From Octopus sinensis (lineage: Eukaryota), in NCBI RefSeq assembly GCF_006345805.1, contig NC_043015.1:22134001-22198000 (forward strand): a DNA stretch of 64,000 nucleotides. Direction: 5' to 3'. The position numbers and the translations under genes are program-made. Within the stretch, counting starts at the first letter, position 1. Each line of letters starts with the position of its first letter. This document shows, piece after piece, positions 26,380 to 39,929 of the stretch. The notes below the pieces were generated by a model, which was given only the letters and a program-made list of their open reading frames with translations, ran no database searches and was not told where the DNA came from.

Positions 26380-27480
26380 ATCAGTATTTGCAAAGGGACG
26401 CCATCCCTCCCATCGTCGACCTGACGTAATACGCACGGACCCGAGTTTCTGGGTATTTACGCGTCGTCAGCGCACGACAATCACCAGTTTTCGATGCGAA
26501 GGGGTCCCAATGCAAACACATATATCCCTTTTCCAGTAAAAAAAATTCACTGATCTCGAAAAAGTGTAAACAAGCAATAATAAATCTCTGCACGAGCTTT
26601 CACTTTTTGGATTATGCTAAGTTTTAGAGTATCATAATTAATATGTTCGCCTCCACTGTTTCCAGGTTTTAGAATTGCTTTGCATTCCCTCCCGTTCATA
26701 TTTGGTTTGGTGCATTTTATTCATTATTATACATTCCTACAGTTTGGGTTTGTTCCCTTTTTAGTTTACTTCGTTTATGTTGGTCATGTTACGTCTGTCT
26801 TCATATTATACAGTCCCAGTGCTTATGATATAATTTGGCATTGCTGTTTGGTTACTATCTACGTTTTCCAGATGTAATTTTTTCTTTTAAGCTTTCTATT
26901 TGTTTCTGATATTATATTTTTTTTTGTTTTCAGAATATATCTCCGTATCTTAACTAGTTTATTTTGGTTCATTGCTAAAGCCATATCTTTATGTAGGCTA
27001 TTTTCCCTCCAGATTTTATATGTATATGTTGTTGAGTTTTTGTTCTGTAAGTAGAATAATGCTGTAAAATAAGCGAGTATAATTGGAATATATCCCTCAG
27101 GTGTCCGTTTATGCGTTTTTATTTTATTTGCGGGATATGAGGAATAACGTCCGGCCTTTTATTTTGGTGGTCATCATTTTCGTAGGGTACCGGTCCGTTC
27201 ATTTCCGGTGTTAAATGGTTTTGCAGGTGTAGGTTTTCGTACTTTATGTGTGGCAGGTTTAAAAGTACGTACTGTTTGTTATCCTTGCGTTGAATAATAC
27301 GGTATCATTAAATATATTTTTCATTTTTTCTGCCTTGTGTTTGGGGATGGAGTTGGTCTGATGTTGATTGGTTATAATGTGGCAAACGTTTTTACACGTG
27401 TTGTGCGAGTGATCGTGATGATACACAGTTAAAATACATCATTTCATTTGGAAAATAGAAAAAAAATTTAATGAGTGTTA
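26380..27480 (-). mobile_element. Probable decayed PLE 3' portion carrying the 26432 HHR
   Basis: A/C-rich minus strand with KRINGHLRDI (resembles the GIY-YIG R..GH motif) upstream of an HHR on the same strand. Confidence 0.35.
26432..26476 (-). ncRNA. Hammerhead motif in a small CpG-rich patch
   Basis: Minus: cgtgcg CTGACGA c gcgtaaataccc a GAAA CTCGGG TC cgtgcg; 6-bp stem I with two G-U pairs, imperfect stem II, GUC triplet. Confidence 0.6.
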
Positions 27481-27659
27481 CTTACGAGGATATATTCCAA
27501 ACTTTGTAAGTTATTTCATCCCTCACACATGTTAAAGGCCCCGGTATTATCTGGTAAACGACGCCGGTGTTCTCTATATTATCATCGTCATAATCATTAT
27601 TAATATTATAGACGTCGTATAGTATACAATATCTTGAGATTGTTGATTGCAGATAATAT

Positions 27660-27925
27660 GTATACCGAGGGTTTCTACTGTTTGTCAAGTCACAACAAGG
27701 AACTCAGACAGGCAGTACTTCACGCAATATGCATGCAGTTCCAAGTAATGCCGACTTTTGCAATACGTTCTAGATTATAAGGTGCTTCTAAAATTTTCAG
27801 ATGTTTTTTATCAGATTGGGTGGTATTGAACCCAATGCTAAGATGACAATAGGGATAAACTTTAAGTCTGACTCTCGTAACTTTTCAAATTTTAGCGATC
27901 TCAATTCTCAGGTCTTTACACTTAT
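27660..27925 (-). mobile_element. R4/Dong-like LINE 3' end
   Basis: KCKDLRIEIAKI, KFIPIVILALGSIPPNL, QKSALLGTACILREVL. Confidence 0.85.
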
Positions 27926-27947
27926 CATATTATTATTATTATTATTA

Positions 27948-27996
<49 letters not shown>

Positions 27997-28149
27997 TTCA
28001 TCATCATCATCATCATCATTGTCGTCGTTGTTATTGTTGTTTTTTTTTTGTTACTATTATTATCATTATTATTATTAGTATTATTATTATTATGATTTTT
28101 ATTATTCCTTCGTAATACAGTGTAGGTAAAAATGCACAGGAGTCTTTAG

Positions 28150-28216
<67 letters not shown>

Positions 28217-28558
28217 AGTGTTTGTTTATTCTGAAACTTATTTGATCCATTTTAATTTTTGGGAATGAAGGGTTAAACAAGCATTAACAGCAGGTACAGA
28301 AAACAGGAAATGCAATGATAATGATCCTCCAAGTACAAACCAATGTTTTTAGCTTTGAATCTCGAGACGATACTTTATCGATTCTAGACTTTCGAATGTC
28401 ATGTTGGTACAAGTTTTATTTCTTTTGCTCGTTATATTTGTACGCATTTTGTGTGACTTTCAGGTAATTTGTGTTTTATATTTCGGAGAAATGATAGCTT
28501 GCAAGATCCTTAAATATACTTCATTGATTTATAACACCGCTAAAACTATTTTACTACA

Positions 28559-28608
<50 letters not shown>

Positions 28609-28617
28609 AACAACTAA

Positions 28618-28661
<44 letters not shown>

Positions 28662-28833
28662 TTACTAATACTAATACTAATACTAATATAACTACTACTA
28701 CTAGTACGACTACTACTACTACTACTACTACCTCCACCACCACCACCACAACAACAACAACAACTACTACTACTCATAATAATAATAATAATAAGAAGAA
28801 GAATAAGAAGAAGAAGAAGAAGAAGAAGAAGAA

Positions 28834-28865
<32 letters not shown>

Positions 28866-28939
28866 GAAGAAGAAGAAGAAGAAGAAGAAGAAGAAGAAGA
28901 AGAAGAAGAAGAAGAAGAAAAGAAGAAGAAGAAGAAGAA

Positions 28940-28970
<31 letters not shown>

Positions 28971-29000
28971 GAGAAGAAGAAGAAAAGAACTGGAGGACGA
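27925..29000. repeat. Cluster of trinucleotide arrays: (ATT)n, (CAT)n, (CTA)n, (ACC)/(ACA)/(AAT)/(AAG)n
   Basis: Direct reading. Confidence 0.95.
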
Positions 29001-29043
29001 ATTTTTTTCTGAATACAAGACAATTCTAAATTTTTATGGGCGA

Positions 29044-29123
29044 CTAAGCTCAGGGCCGAATGAGTTCAGGGGCAAATGAGTTCAGGGGCAAATGAGTTCA
29101 GGGGCAAATGAGTTCAGGGGTGA
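29044..29123. repeat. 16-bp minisatellite (ATGAGTTCAGGGGCAA), 5 units
   Basis: Three perfect units at 29060-29107 plus one degenerate unit on each side. Confidence 0.9.
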
Positions 29124-30146
29124 AATAGTGCTCTGCATAACTTTGTAACGCCACATTAATTTTTGAGTCCCTATCCAACTGAAATGGGACTTTTGAAATA
29201 TGATATGCTTAGTGGGCTCATAAATAAACTGTAAGTAATATATTTCATCGATTGAATCTACTGTTCTCCCCTAACACACATTTCGGAAATCATATTTATT
29301 TTATAAACCGTTATTTTTGCCATGATAATAAAATTCTAATAAAAGCGTAACAGTTAACCAAGTTGCATATATTTCTAGTCCAAATTATTCATAAGTTAAC
29401 CAAGTGAGAACTCAGCACCGTAAGTCAAAAATTGTACATCTTCATTTTTTCAATCAATTTTGTAGGAAAACGTAAGACTATGAATGAAAACACGTCTTTA
29501 CTTCTCTACGCAATGTGCTCGCCTCAAAATTCCAATCCCACTTTTTACGTTTAAGCGAGAAGAATTTCAATTTTAAACATATCATTACAATTTCTATGTC
29601 CTACGAATTACAATTCATTTCGAGTAATTGACAATACAACATGTACTGGCGTAGATTTATATCGCATTACATTATTAAAATAGAAATAGAGGCACCATTA
29701 AATATGAGATTATTGTAGCAGAACGAACCAATCGATATGATATTTCGAATTAAAGGAGCGGTGAAGAGGTTCAGGTGAAATGAGTACAGTGACTTATATA
29801 CGATGGTTGAGTGAGTACATATGCATCTATATATATACGTATATATGTATGTATGCATATATGTATATTTATTTAGGTAGTTGTGTATGTATGTATATAT
29901 GCATGTATATATATATATGTGTGTGTGTGTGTATGCAAGGATATACGTATGCATGTATATTTGTATTTATGTATGCATATATGCATGCATGTCTGTTTGT
30001 ATGTATATCTCTCTACATGTCTGTCTATTTTGATGTACGTTTTCCTACTTTTAGTTTACTCCAATTTCTCACCATTGGGAAACGCAGCTTTTCTCACTCT
30101 CAAATCGGACTCGTTCAATGTAATTTACACATCATCAAGCTAGATG

Positions 30147-30198
<52 letters not shown>

Positions 30199-30232
30199 TT
30201 TATTTATTACGGAGTGCTCCTTTAAGAAGGGT

Positions 30233-30470
30233 GAAGGCGTGTGGCTTAGTTGTGAGAGTATTCGACTCATGATCGTAAGGTCGTGAGTTCGATTCCCGGC
30301 TGCGCTTTGTGTGCTTGAGCAAGACACTTTATTCAACGTTGCTCCAATCCACATTAAGTGTACACTTGTCTGTGGAGTGCTCAGCCACTTGCACGTTAAT
30401 TTTACGAGCAAGCTGTTCCGTTGATCGTATCTGCTGGGACCCTCCTCGTCGTTACCGAAGGAGAGTTCCT
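30233..30470 (+). mobile_element. tRNA-derived SINE family C
   Basis: A-box-like gtggcttagttgtg, B-box gttcgattccc, then cttgagcaagacacttt; body shared with the 54820-55140 copy. Confidence 0.85.
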
Positions 30471-30479
30471 TAATATATA

Positions 30480-30612
30480 TATAGGCATGTATGCTTATAT
30501 GCCCGGCTGCTTGTCTTCAATAAGCAACCGAGCCTGACTTGTGTGTAGGAGGCAAATATTCTAGACGCAATCTCATGGTCATTTATGACCGAAGAGCGCC
30601 TTTACCCCTTTA
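30480..30612 (+). mobile_element. SINE 3' tail fragment related to 37890-38012
   Basis: catggtcatttatgaccgaag..tttacccctt matches catggtcactcatgaccgagagggtctttaccctt. Confidence 0.55.
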
Positions 30613-31223
30613 AATTCCTCAAATATGATAAGTAAATCAAAATATACACCATCTTCATTTAATGTTTTCAGAATAATCATTTTGTGAGCTTATTTTCTTC
30701 CTAAAATTATTTCCAACCGAATACGCACCTCCAGTGAGCTAATGACCCAAGTAGTTTACAAAGCATTGTCTCTATATAAAATTTCGCACGTTTCTGCTAT
30801 TGCAAATATTTCCATGAATAATCTAAATGTAGGGAAAAATATAATGAGAAATAAAAATGAAGAAAGCATATACATTTATATAAGAAATGTGGAACCAAAG
30901 AGCAGCAGTGAAAATAGAAGTTATTTCATTGTTCGAGAGAGTTTGATTCGCCTTAAATGTTAGTTGGGGCGTGGAATGGTTTCCATCAGCTGCGAGTGTA
31001 TATGAACGAGTATGCTTGAAGCAAATATCATTCTGGGCGTTCTTACTAATGACGAATATTAATTTATACGGTGTGACTCATAAATATGAACAACGAAACA
31101 ATATATTTTGTTGTCACGTTCATGACTGGATTCCTATTAGCTTAGTTCCCTTTCTGATATACATACACAGGTACCAACATTCAGACACTCATATAAATAC
31201 AAGTACCCACATATATACACACT

Positions 31224-31267
<44 letters not shown>

Positions 31268-31289
31268 CACGATACTTTTTGATCTCTTT

Positions 31290-31470
31290 TTACCTCTTTC
31301 AGTCAGTTGATGGCGGTCATGCTGTAGCACCGCCTTTGGTCGAGCAACTCGTCCCCAGGACTCATTCGTTGTAAACCTAGTCTATAGTTCTCTTTTCCAG
31401 AAAAACCCTTCTACAAGGTAAGTAAATACACCAGCTTCAGTTGTCAAGTAATGTTGGGGCGACAAACACA
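31290..31470 (-). mobile_element. SINE family B 3' tail
   Basis: tttcagtcagttgatggcggtcatgctgtagcaccgcc..ttgtcaag..ggggcgacaaacac. Confidence 0.65.
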
Positions 31471-31554
31471 CACACACATACACACACACGCAGCAAGACT
31501 ATCTGCATATTGGCATAAGTATAGTGTATAAGTTTGTATGTGCTTGTGTGTGCG

Positions 31555-31635
<81 letters not shown>

Positions 31636-32010
31636 AAGCCATGTGGTATGAAGCTGGCTTCCCAACCACATGGCTCTGGGCTCAGTCCCACTGCGTGCCA
31701 CCTTCAGCAAGTGTCTTGTACTATAGCCTTGAGTCGACCAAAGACTTGTGAGTTGATTTAGTAGACGGAAACTAAAAGAAGACATCGTTTATATATATGT
31801 ATACATGCATTTGTGCGTATGTATCTGTGTGTCTCCCCCTCACCATCACTTGGCACCAGATGTGGGTGTGTTCACGTCCCCGTAAGTTAGAGGTTCAGAA
31901 AAAGAGACCGATAGATATACTAGGCTTACAGAATATGTTCTGGTGTTAAATTGTTCGAGGAAAAGGGATGCTCCAGCATGGTCGAAGACAAATGACTGAA
32001 AGAAGTAAAG
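31636..32010 (+). mobile_element. SINE family B (tRNA head, CORE-like domain, internal microsatellite, tail)
   Basis: cccaaccacatggctctgggctcagtcccactgcgtgccaccttcagcaagtgtct..gtagacggaaact..ctccagcatgg..aaatgactgaaa. Confidence 0.85.
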
Positions 32011-32041
32011 CACACACACGCACACACAAATATATATATAG

Positions 32042-32076
<35 letters not shown>

Positions 32077-32081
32077 TAGAT

Positions 32082-32164
<83 letters not shown>

Positions 32165-33193
32165 TGTTTGCACTTCGTGCGTAAATGAAGGAAATAGATG
32201 TTTAAAATATGTAGATAGGTAAGGGTATTAATATATCTTGGCATAGAACTCAATAAACAATGCATATATTAACAACTACTCACACGAAACGCACATAAAT
32301 AAACTAATATACTAAGATAGGTCTTTGTATATATTTATTGTTAGATCTACGTTGCCAAATAGCAAATACATAAATAAATTTAAAAATACGAAAAAGCCTC
32401 AGCGAAATAGTATAGAAATTTCTGTCATTCGCAATAGGCATGATTGATGAAAGGTTTAAACTATTAAGACATATCATGCGATGGTACTCGACGAATATGT
32501 TTCCCTGTGTATTAGAGATTGGGCGAATTTCATTTATTTATGGTTTGTAAATTTTTGCATTTCCTTTCATGACTCCCTACAATTTTTTGTTGAGGAGTTC
32601 AGTAAGAACGCATAGTGCACGGTAAGTTATTAATATATTTTCAGAACTATTTATTTCTATCATACACCGATATCGTAAAAAGATGAATTTATTTTAGAGC
32701 GCTATGTTCGGTAAGATGACAATATATGTAGGTGTCTGTGTGTTTATGTGCGTGTGAAGACATGGAGAAAAGTTTTCTTTTTTAAATTAAATATTTGTTT
32801 AGAAGAAATTATTAAAAAACAATTATATCTATTCACTGTTTACAGATTCTCCAAAACACGTACTATGAAGAATTCTAACAGAAATAGTAGCGAATTCACC
32901 AATTCAAATTTTTATTATAATTCTTGTTGTGAATTTCCAAGATTTTACCACTTTTATCCTTGAGGCATTTGTGACTCTACACAATATTTCAAATCCGTAA
33001 TTGAGATATCGATCATGTATGTATGTTTTCTCACAGTCTGTTCTTGTGATAATTTTCATTTACCTCCTGAATATATTTCTTTTTCAACAAATACCCAACA
33101 GAATTAATTTTTCGATGTAGTTATATAAGATATGATACAAAGATGACTAATTTAATAGAATACAAATTCTGCTGCATATAAATGATTTGTATA

Positions 33194-33356
33194 GGCGCAA
33201 AAGTGTCTTTGTGGTAAGTAGCTTGCTTACCAACCACATGGTTCCAAGTTTAGTCACACTGCGTGGCACCTTGGGCAAGTGTTTTCTGCTATAATCCTGG
33301 GCCCACCTATGCCTGTGAGTGGACTTGGTAGATGGAAACTGAAAGAAGCCCGACAT
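33194..33356 (+). mobile_element. SINE family B head and core
   Basis: gtggtaagtagcttgcttaccaaccacatggttcc..gcgtggcaccttgggcaagtg..ggaaactgaaagaagcccg. Confidence 0.85.
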
Positions 33357-34489
33357 AGCGACAAGCGAGTCAGCAATGTACATCTGGAAAGCTCATCATC
33401 CGCTGTTCGATGACTGTCGTTTGTCCCCTATGAATATTGCGTTTTTTTTTTCTATTTAAACACCACATATTCATGAGTTGTTATATACGGATAAAAATCG
33501 CAGTAAATCTGCTTTACGAATTATTGAAGTTAGATGAATTGGTGCATCAAAAGCCTCCCGGTTGAAGTTTAGTAAGATAACAGGGTAGATTAGTACATTA
33601 ACTCGGGAAGAATATAAGAAGTAGGTTAAATGAAATATAAAAGGATTAGATACAATAAAGTGGGGAAATGAAAGAAAATAAAAAGAAGTGAAACGTTATT
33701 GACTATAATAAACGTAATAGATCAGAATGAGGTTTAATTTTGCCTATCTGGTTGGAGGCTATAATTTGTTGTTTTATAGATCATGGATATAATAGCTTTA
33801 AAGGTTCGTGGATGTAAATATTTTAGAAGTTTTAAGGGTTTAAAGATTTGAAAATGCTTTAGAAAGGATGCATAAATGTGGGGTTAAACGTGAATAGGTA
33901 GGGAGACGGAGAGACGCAGATACACGGATCGATAGACAAGTTGACCAATCGGTATATATGTGTGTGTGTGTGTATGTGTGTGTGACTATCTGTGTGTCTG
34001 TGTGTGTTTGAGTGTGTGAGTGTGTGTGAGTGAGAGTGTGCGTAAAAGGATAAAAGGTTAAAAGAATATATATGTAAACAGAGACAGTGGAGAGAGAAAG
34101 AGAGAGAGAGAGAGAGAGATATCAACATGAGTGGAAACATTCTTCATGGAGTCTAAAATTATAGAGAATAAGGCTAACTCACTGTACGAAGGAGAAAATT
34201 GTATTATTGTATAAAGGCAAATGCAAAGTAACCGACTTATAGGAATGCAGCACAAGCAAGCAATCACAACTAAGAAGACAGCCATATACACATATATGAA
34301 GGCATAACATGCTGAGGCACACACACACACACGCATCCAACAATAACACATACATGCACGCATACACACATGTTTGTGTTTGTGTGTGTGTGTGTGTGTG
34401 AAAGAAAATGGCCTAGTGGTTACTCTGCTGCAGTCGTGATTGCGAGATCGCTGTTTCGATTGCCGTGTGCTCGTTTGTGGAAAACAGTT

Positions 34490-34504
34490 TGTTGCACACG
34501 CACG

Positions 34505-34548
<44 letters not shown>

Positions 34549-34567
34549 GACATACATACATACATTT

Positions 34568-34624
<57 letters not shown>

Positions 34625-34668
34625 TAGATAGCTAAATAGATAGATAGATAGATAGATAGATGACAGAC

Positions 34669-34729
<61 letters not shown>

Positions 34730-34766
34730 TATAGATAAATAGATAGATAGATAGATAGATAGATAT

Positions 34767-34797
<31 letters not shown>

Positions 34798-34813
34798 TAT
34801 AGATAATAGATAT

Positions 34814-34910
<97 letters not shown>

Positions 34911-34940
34911 AAGATAGATAGATAAATAGATAGATGGATA
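34490..34940. repeat. (CA)n-(TA)n-(GATA)n compound array
   Basis: Direct reading. Confidence 0.97.
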
Positions 34941-36130
34941 CAGTTATATGTTACGGTATATAACGTAGATGGCTAGAGTTATACATCTGAAATGTATAAC
35001 TCTTGATTTTAGTGGAGGTTGGTAGTGTTAGATTTTGAAATCAAGTTACGAACATTATTGGGACCAACAAGCCCCCAGATAGATTAAGCACTGAGCTTAC
35101 AAAAAATAAGTACTTAGGTTGATTACTTCGACTAAAAGGCGGTGCTCCAACATGGCGACAGTTTGTGTGTGTGAATGTATTTGTGAAATTGGCGGATATG
35201 TGTGTATATATATAAATATATTTTTGTATATACGTAAGTATGAGTGGGTGTTGAAAAGTTCCCAGGTCTGGGTAAAAGAACATAAAGTAAGATCAGTTAA
35301 TTATGACTTTATTCAGCATATTTCTTTTTTTGAGTCACATTCGTATTGCAGTGGCCCTTCAGTTTTTCTAAGTCATGTAAAATATTTCGGAATATTCACG
35401 ATAACTTAAAAGTCAGGAACTTCTCAGAACCCTATCGTATGTATGAACGTACCAGCACTCGGCAGTGAGTGCACTGTTCATTGTAGAAACAGTAATGACG
35501 TCATGGATGTGAATACGTCATCTGTGATCGTGATAGAAGCATGCATCCCTGCTACGAAGAAATAGCTCAATTAAACATGTTTGTATATTTGCTACATTGG
35601 TTATATATATGATCATCTGTAGGTGAATGTGTGAGAGTGATTCTGCATGTATGTATGTATTCATACACATATTGACAAGTCTAAATATGTATATGCCTCC
35701 AAAATCACCAACCAATGTAGACGAAGAGATACAAATACGCGCATATGTAGAGAAATTTTCGCACAAGCAAAGGAAAATATAGTTCGCAAACACTGGCAAT
35801 GAATATTGAAATTACACATGTGTAAATAGCTGAATAATTAAAAAAAATACGAAATTATATCAGTAAGAAATTTGATAAATGCATTCATAAATTTCAAAAA
35901 TGTATGAACTTTCAATTATCCTTATATTTTCCTCGGATTTTATAATTTTTATAAGTATTTTTATAAGTTTTTTTATATATATATACATATATTTTTGACC
36001 TTTTTGTTTATCGCTCGAAGATTGACCGTTTTTTCTAAAGGGCCAATCAAACAAGTCCATTTCTTTTTAAAGGTGTAGCGTTTGTAAGAGTATAGATTGA
36101 ATTAATATATAAGTTCCATTCTAGCAAAAA

Positions 36131-36168
36131 CTGTCTGATGAACGGCAACGAGAAACTCAGAGTAACAG
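36131..36168 (+). ncRNA. Minimal hammerhead, family B, fully canonical core
   Basis: ctgt CTGATGA a cggcaacg a GAAA CTCAGAG TA acag; stem I ctgt/acag; followed by AATAAA and (TA)n. Confidence 0.75.
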
Positions 36169-36201
36169 ATTTTGTTGAATTTTCTGCTGCTTAAAATAAA
36201 G

Positions 36202-36238
<37 letters not shown>

Positions 36239-36251
36239 ATATGTATGTATG

Positions 36252-36285
<34 letters not shown>

Positions 36286-36749
36286 CAGAGAGAGAGATAG
36301 TGGGAAAGAGAGGGGAGAGATAGATAAATAGATAGATTGATTGATATCGTTATATGCATCAGAAGCAGAATTAATTTAAAATAGTTATCTCTATATCATA
36401 CTTAAAGCAAATATTTCACGAAAACGTAAATGTACTGCCGTAATTGTCAGGAGATAATGTCTTTTATGGACGCGCTGAAAATAATTTGATTCTTTGCAAT
36501 ATACTTTTATTAAGTATGTTACACAGACACATATTTTAATATAGTACTGTTTTTATTACATATAACGCCGGGCGGCTAACTGCAAAATCACTATTTGCTC
36601 AGTCATTGCTTCCCCATATATCTAGTGATAGATTTTGTCTTGCCTTGGCGTCTTGCAGTACGTGCATTGTATTGTAAAAAAAAAAGAAAAAACTGGCCGG
36701 GAAATAATATCGCACGCTCCATTCTTCCGACACACTCCTTGACAGATTT

Positions 36750-37062
36750 CATCTGTTACCGACATATAGTGTGATTTGAAACACAGTACGTCCATAAGTG
36801 ATATGAATACCATTTTGAAGTTACATCAACGTATGGCACTACCACTAGATGTGATGCAAGACAGGTGTACAGCTTGTGGCGGTTTGATACACCTACGATC
36901 GTATTTCTTTTTCCTTCTCCATTCTTTTCTTTTAATTTTATTGTATCTCGCAAGGAATACTTGAAACTCATTTTCTCCCATTCTCTGAGCGTTAAACCAA
37001 TGCCCTCTGTTTTGTGATTTTTGTAACTCATCATTATGTTGTACATTTTGCCTTATATACAT
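36750..37062 (-). pseudogene. Decayed PLE GIY-YIG endonuclease
   Basis: YKAKCTT / KTEGIGLTLREW..FKYSLRD..KLKEKN..VPYVDVTSKW across a frameshift. Confidence 0.5.
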
Positions 37063-37082
37063 ATATATACATATGTTATATG

Positions 37083-37130
<48 letters not shown>

Positions 37131-37414
37131 CATGTGCGTGTGTGTATGGTCATAATGAGGTATTTAAACATCTTATAGGGACATTTGATGCGTATATATT
37201 CTGTGTATTCCAAACGTATCCTACTGTATCCTAACGTGTGCTTTTCACACCCTGATGATTTGCCAAATTATATATTTATGTATGATTTGCAATTTTACTT
37301 TCGTGAAATGATATAACTATTGCTGAATATGATCTTTAATTAATAAATGAAGATGGATCCATTAGAAATATCAATCTATCTATCTATCTATATACCTCTC
37401 TCTGTATATATCTA

Positions 37415-37493
<79 letters not shown>

Positions 37494-37496
<3 letters not shown>

Positions 37497-37637
37497 GTAT
37501 GAGAGGTATTGGTCTCAAGAAGACCCTAAGGTGTCAGGTAATGCAGAGTAAGTGCATGGACAGACTATAGTTAAGCTTCAAGTTCGATAACGATAGGAAT
37601 GAGTCCAACGTAGGTCGTGTATTAGCATGCATACATT

Positions 37638-37640
<3 letters not shown>
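37494..37640 (-). mobile_element. PLE family A tail fragment
   Basis: Reverse complement contains gacctacgttg..gcttaactatagtctgtccat..gcattacctgacacc, as at 45070-45180. Confidence 0.8.
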
Positions 37641-37687
<47 letters not shown>

Positions 37688-37688
<1 letters not shown>

Positions 37689-38012
37689 CGTCGAGCTTAC
37701 GATCGTGAGGTTGTGAGCTCGAATCCCGGACCGGGCTGCGTGTTGTGTTCTTGAGCAAGACACTTTATTTCACGTTGCTCCAGTTCACTCAGCTGTAGAA
37801 ATGAGTTGCGACGTCACAGGTGCCAAGCTGTATCGACCTTTGTCTTTCCCTTGGATAACACTGGTGGCGTGGAGAGGGGAGGCCGGTATGCATGGGCGAC
37901 TACTGGTCTTCCATAAAACAACCTTGCCCAGACTTGTGCCTCAGAGGGTAACTCTCTAGGTGCAAACCCATGGTCACTCATGACCGAGAGGGTCTTTACC
38001 CTTACCCTTTAC
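37688..38012 (+). mobile_element. tRNA-derived SINE (family C head, distinct tail)
   Basis: gatcgtgaggttgtgagctcgaatcccggaccgggc..ttgagcaagacactttatttcacgttgctccagttcactcagctg..aatgagt. Confidence 0.85.
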
Positions 38013-38177
38013 ACATACATACATATATATAGAGAAATAATTAACAGAACGAGATAAAAAAATATCCACGGCTGTTCTGAAAATTATTCACAGCCTTGGA
38101 TTTTTATATCTCATTCTGTTAATTTGTACATATTGTCTGTGTATATATAATATATATAATACATACATATATATATA

Positions 38178-38217
<40 letters not shown>

Positions 38218-38246
38218 GCACACGCACACACACACACACACAAACA

Positions 38247-38310
<64 letters not shown>

Positions 38311-39763
38311 GTTTGTCCTCTCATGCATATTCATAAAAACTCTTGAAGTGTATTCCATTCATTCGTCCACGGAAGAAATCTTTTTAAAACCTTTCTTGAT
38401 TTTTCGTGTTTAAGTATGTATTTTTCAACAGTGGTGTTATACATGTGAACGTGCGTTTATGTGGATGTGTGCTTGTATATGTGAATATATTTGTGCTTCT
38501 GTTCTCGCATAGAGGTGCGTCTGTAATGTGTATACCATACTATATTGTTTTTTATTTTAGTGTTTGCTAATTTACGTTTCATATTTCGTTAATTATTTTC
38601 GCCGTGCGTTGCAATATTGATTGTCGAAGGTTACATTTACGTGATGCAGAAGCAAATTGATCACGTTTTCTTTAGGTTTTTTGGTTTATATTTTTCCTAT
38701 TTAGTAGGATGCTGAAAAATGATAAATTTATATCTGGTTCCTCAACCATTTTCCCTATAACTTCTCTCTTTTTCATTATCTATTTTCAAAGAAATAGCAA
38801 AAACTTCCTTCTCTACCTTTTTGTCAAAAACACCCGAGACACTCTTTCATCTGTCGTTTTATTAGGCAAGCGTAAATACAATATTGAGTGCTTTTCATTT
38901 TGATATGGACAGTAGAAATAAGCCCCAGTCACTCTCCTACATGTTTTGATGAATAAATCTTTGGTCTTTAAGTTTGCAGCGGAAAATATAATAATCATAA
39001 TGATGTGAATAAAAAGGGGTTATAGTAGATATCTCCCTGGAATAAAGGGAGTGCACCATATTTTCAACAACAGTGCATTTTATATCATTTTTGAAATGCA
39101 AAACTAATCGGAAAATAAACGAATCGTTGTTCGTTATTTTGTTCAAATTTATATCCCCCAAAGACTTAACAAACAGATAGAGATGTTGGAATCATTGAAT
39201 TCTACCATGTTTTGACTGTGGTATTGAGATATCGTGTAGCTGAATGTGAGAGATGGAGGCAAGAAGAGAGTGAGAGAGAATTTTAGATAAAGATAGATAG
39301 ATGTCTGTATGCATGTATCACGTATGCATGACAGTATATATGCATATATATTTCTATATTTGACGACTTTCTGAAAATTTGTCTCCGTTCCTGTAGCAAT
39401 CATTAATCTCAAAACGAACAGTCAAAAAGGGCAGTCAAAAAGGACAGTCTTAGAATAATTTGCTGAAGTATAACGACCCGACAATGGAGTATTCAATAAA
39501 TTTGTATGACTCATATTATTCAGTATGTCTCTTCGCTCGACCAGAATGGTTTGAAGATGCGACAACAGAGCGTGGAAATTCCAGAGTAAAATGAGACTAG
39601 CCTATCATACATCAATTATGTATAAACGCGCATCTCTCTCCCTATATATATCCAGAAATACGTACATACCCCACCATTTATACCTATATATATATATATA
39701 TATATTATCTATATATTATCCATATAAACCCTCATATACGTATATGTATGTGTACATTCATAT

Positions 39764-39819
<56 letters not shown>

Positions 39820-39889
39820 GTATTTATATGAATGTACACATACATATTGGTTTATGTGGGTATATATAGATATATATATACATATATTG

Positions 39890-39929
<40 letters not shown>

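Noticed and set aside
29044-29123. Direct repeats as a possible CRISPR array
   Set aside because: No spacers, 16-bp head-to-tail units, eukaryotic context.
29168-29230. 63-nt open segment ending in GTAAGT (PYPTEMGLLKYDMLSGLINK)
   Set aside because: Acceptor is a weak GAG with a short pyrimidine tract; no independent support.
30233-30300. tRNA-like A/B-box sequences (also at 37690, 55070, 55700 and 59526)
   Set aside because: They run into SINE bodies and lack a complete cloverleaf, so they are SINE heads, not tRNA genes.
38700-39160. Possible further GIY-YIG relic on the minus strand (CPYQNE, NIVF)
   Set aside because: Too degraded to support without a profile search.
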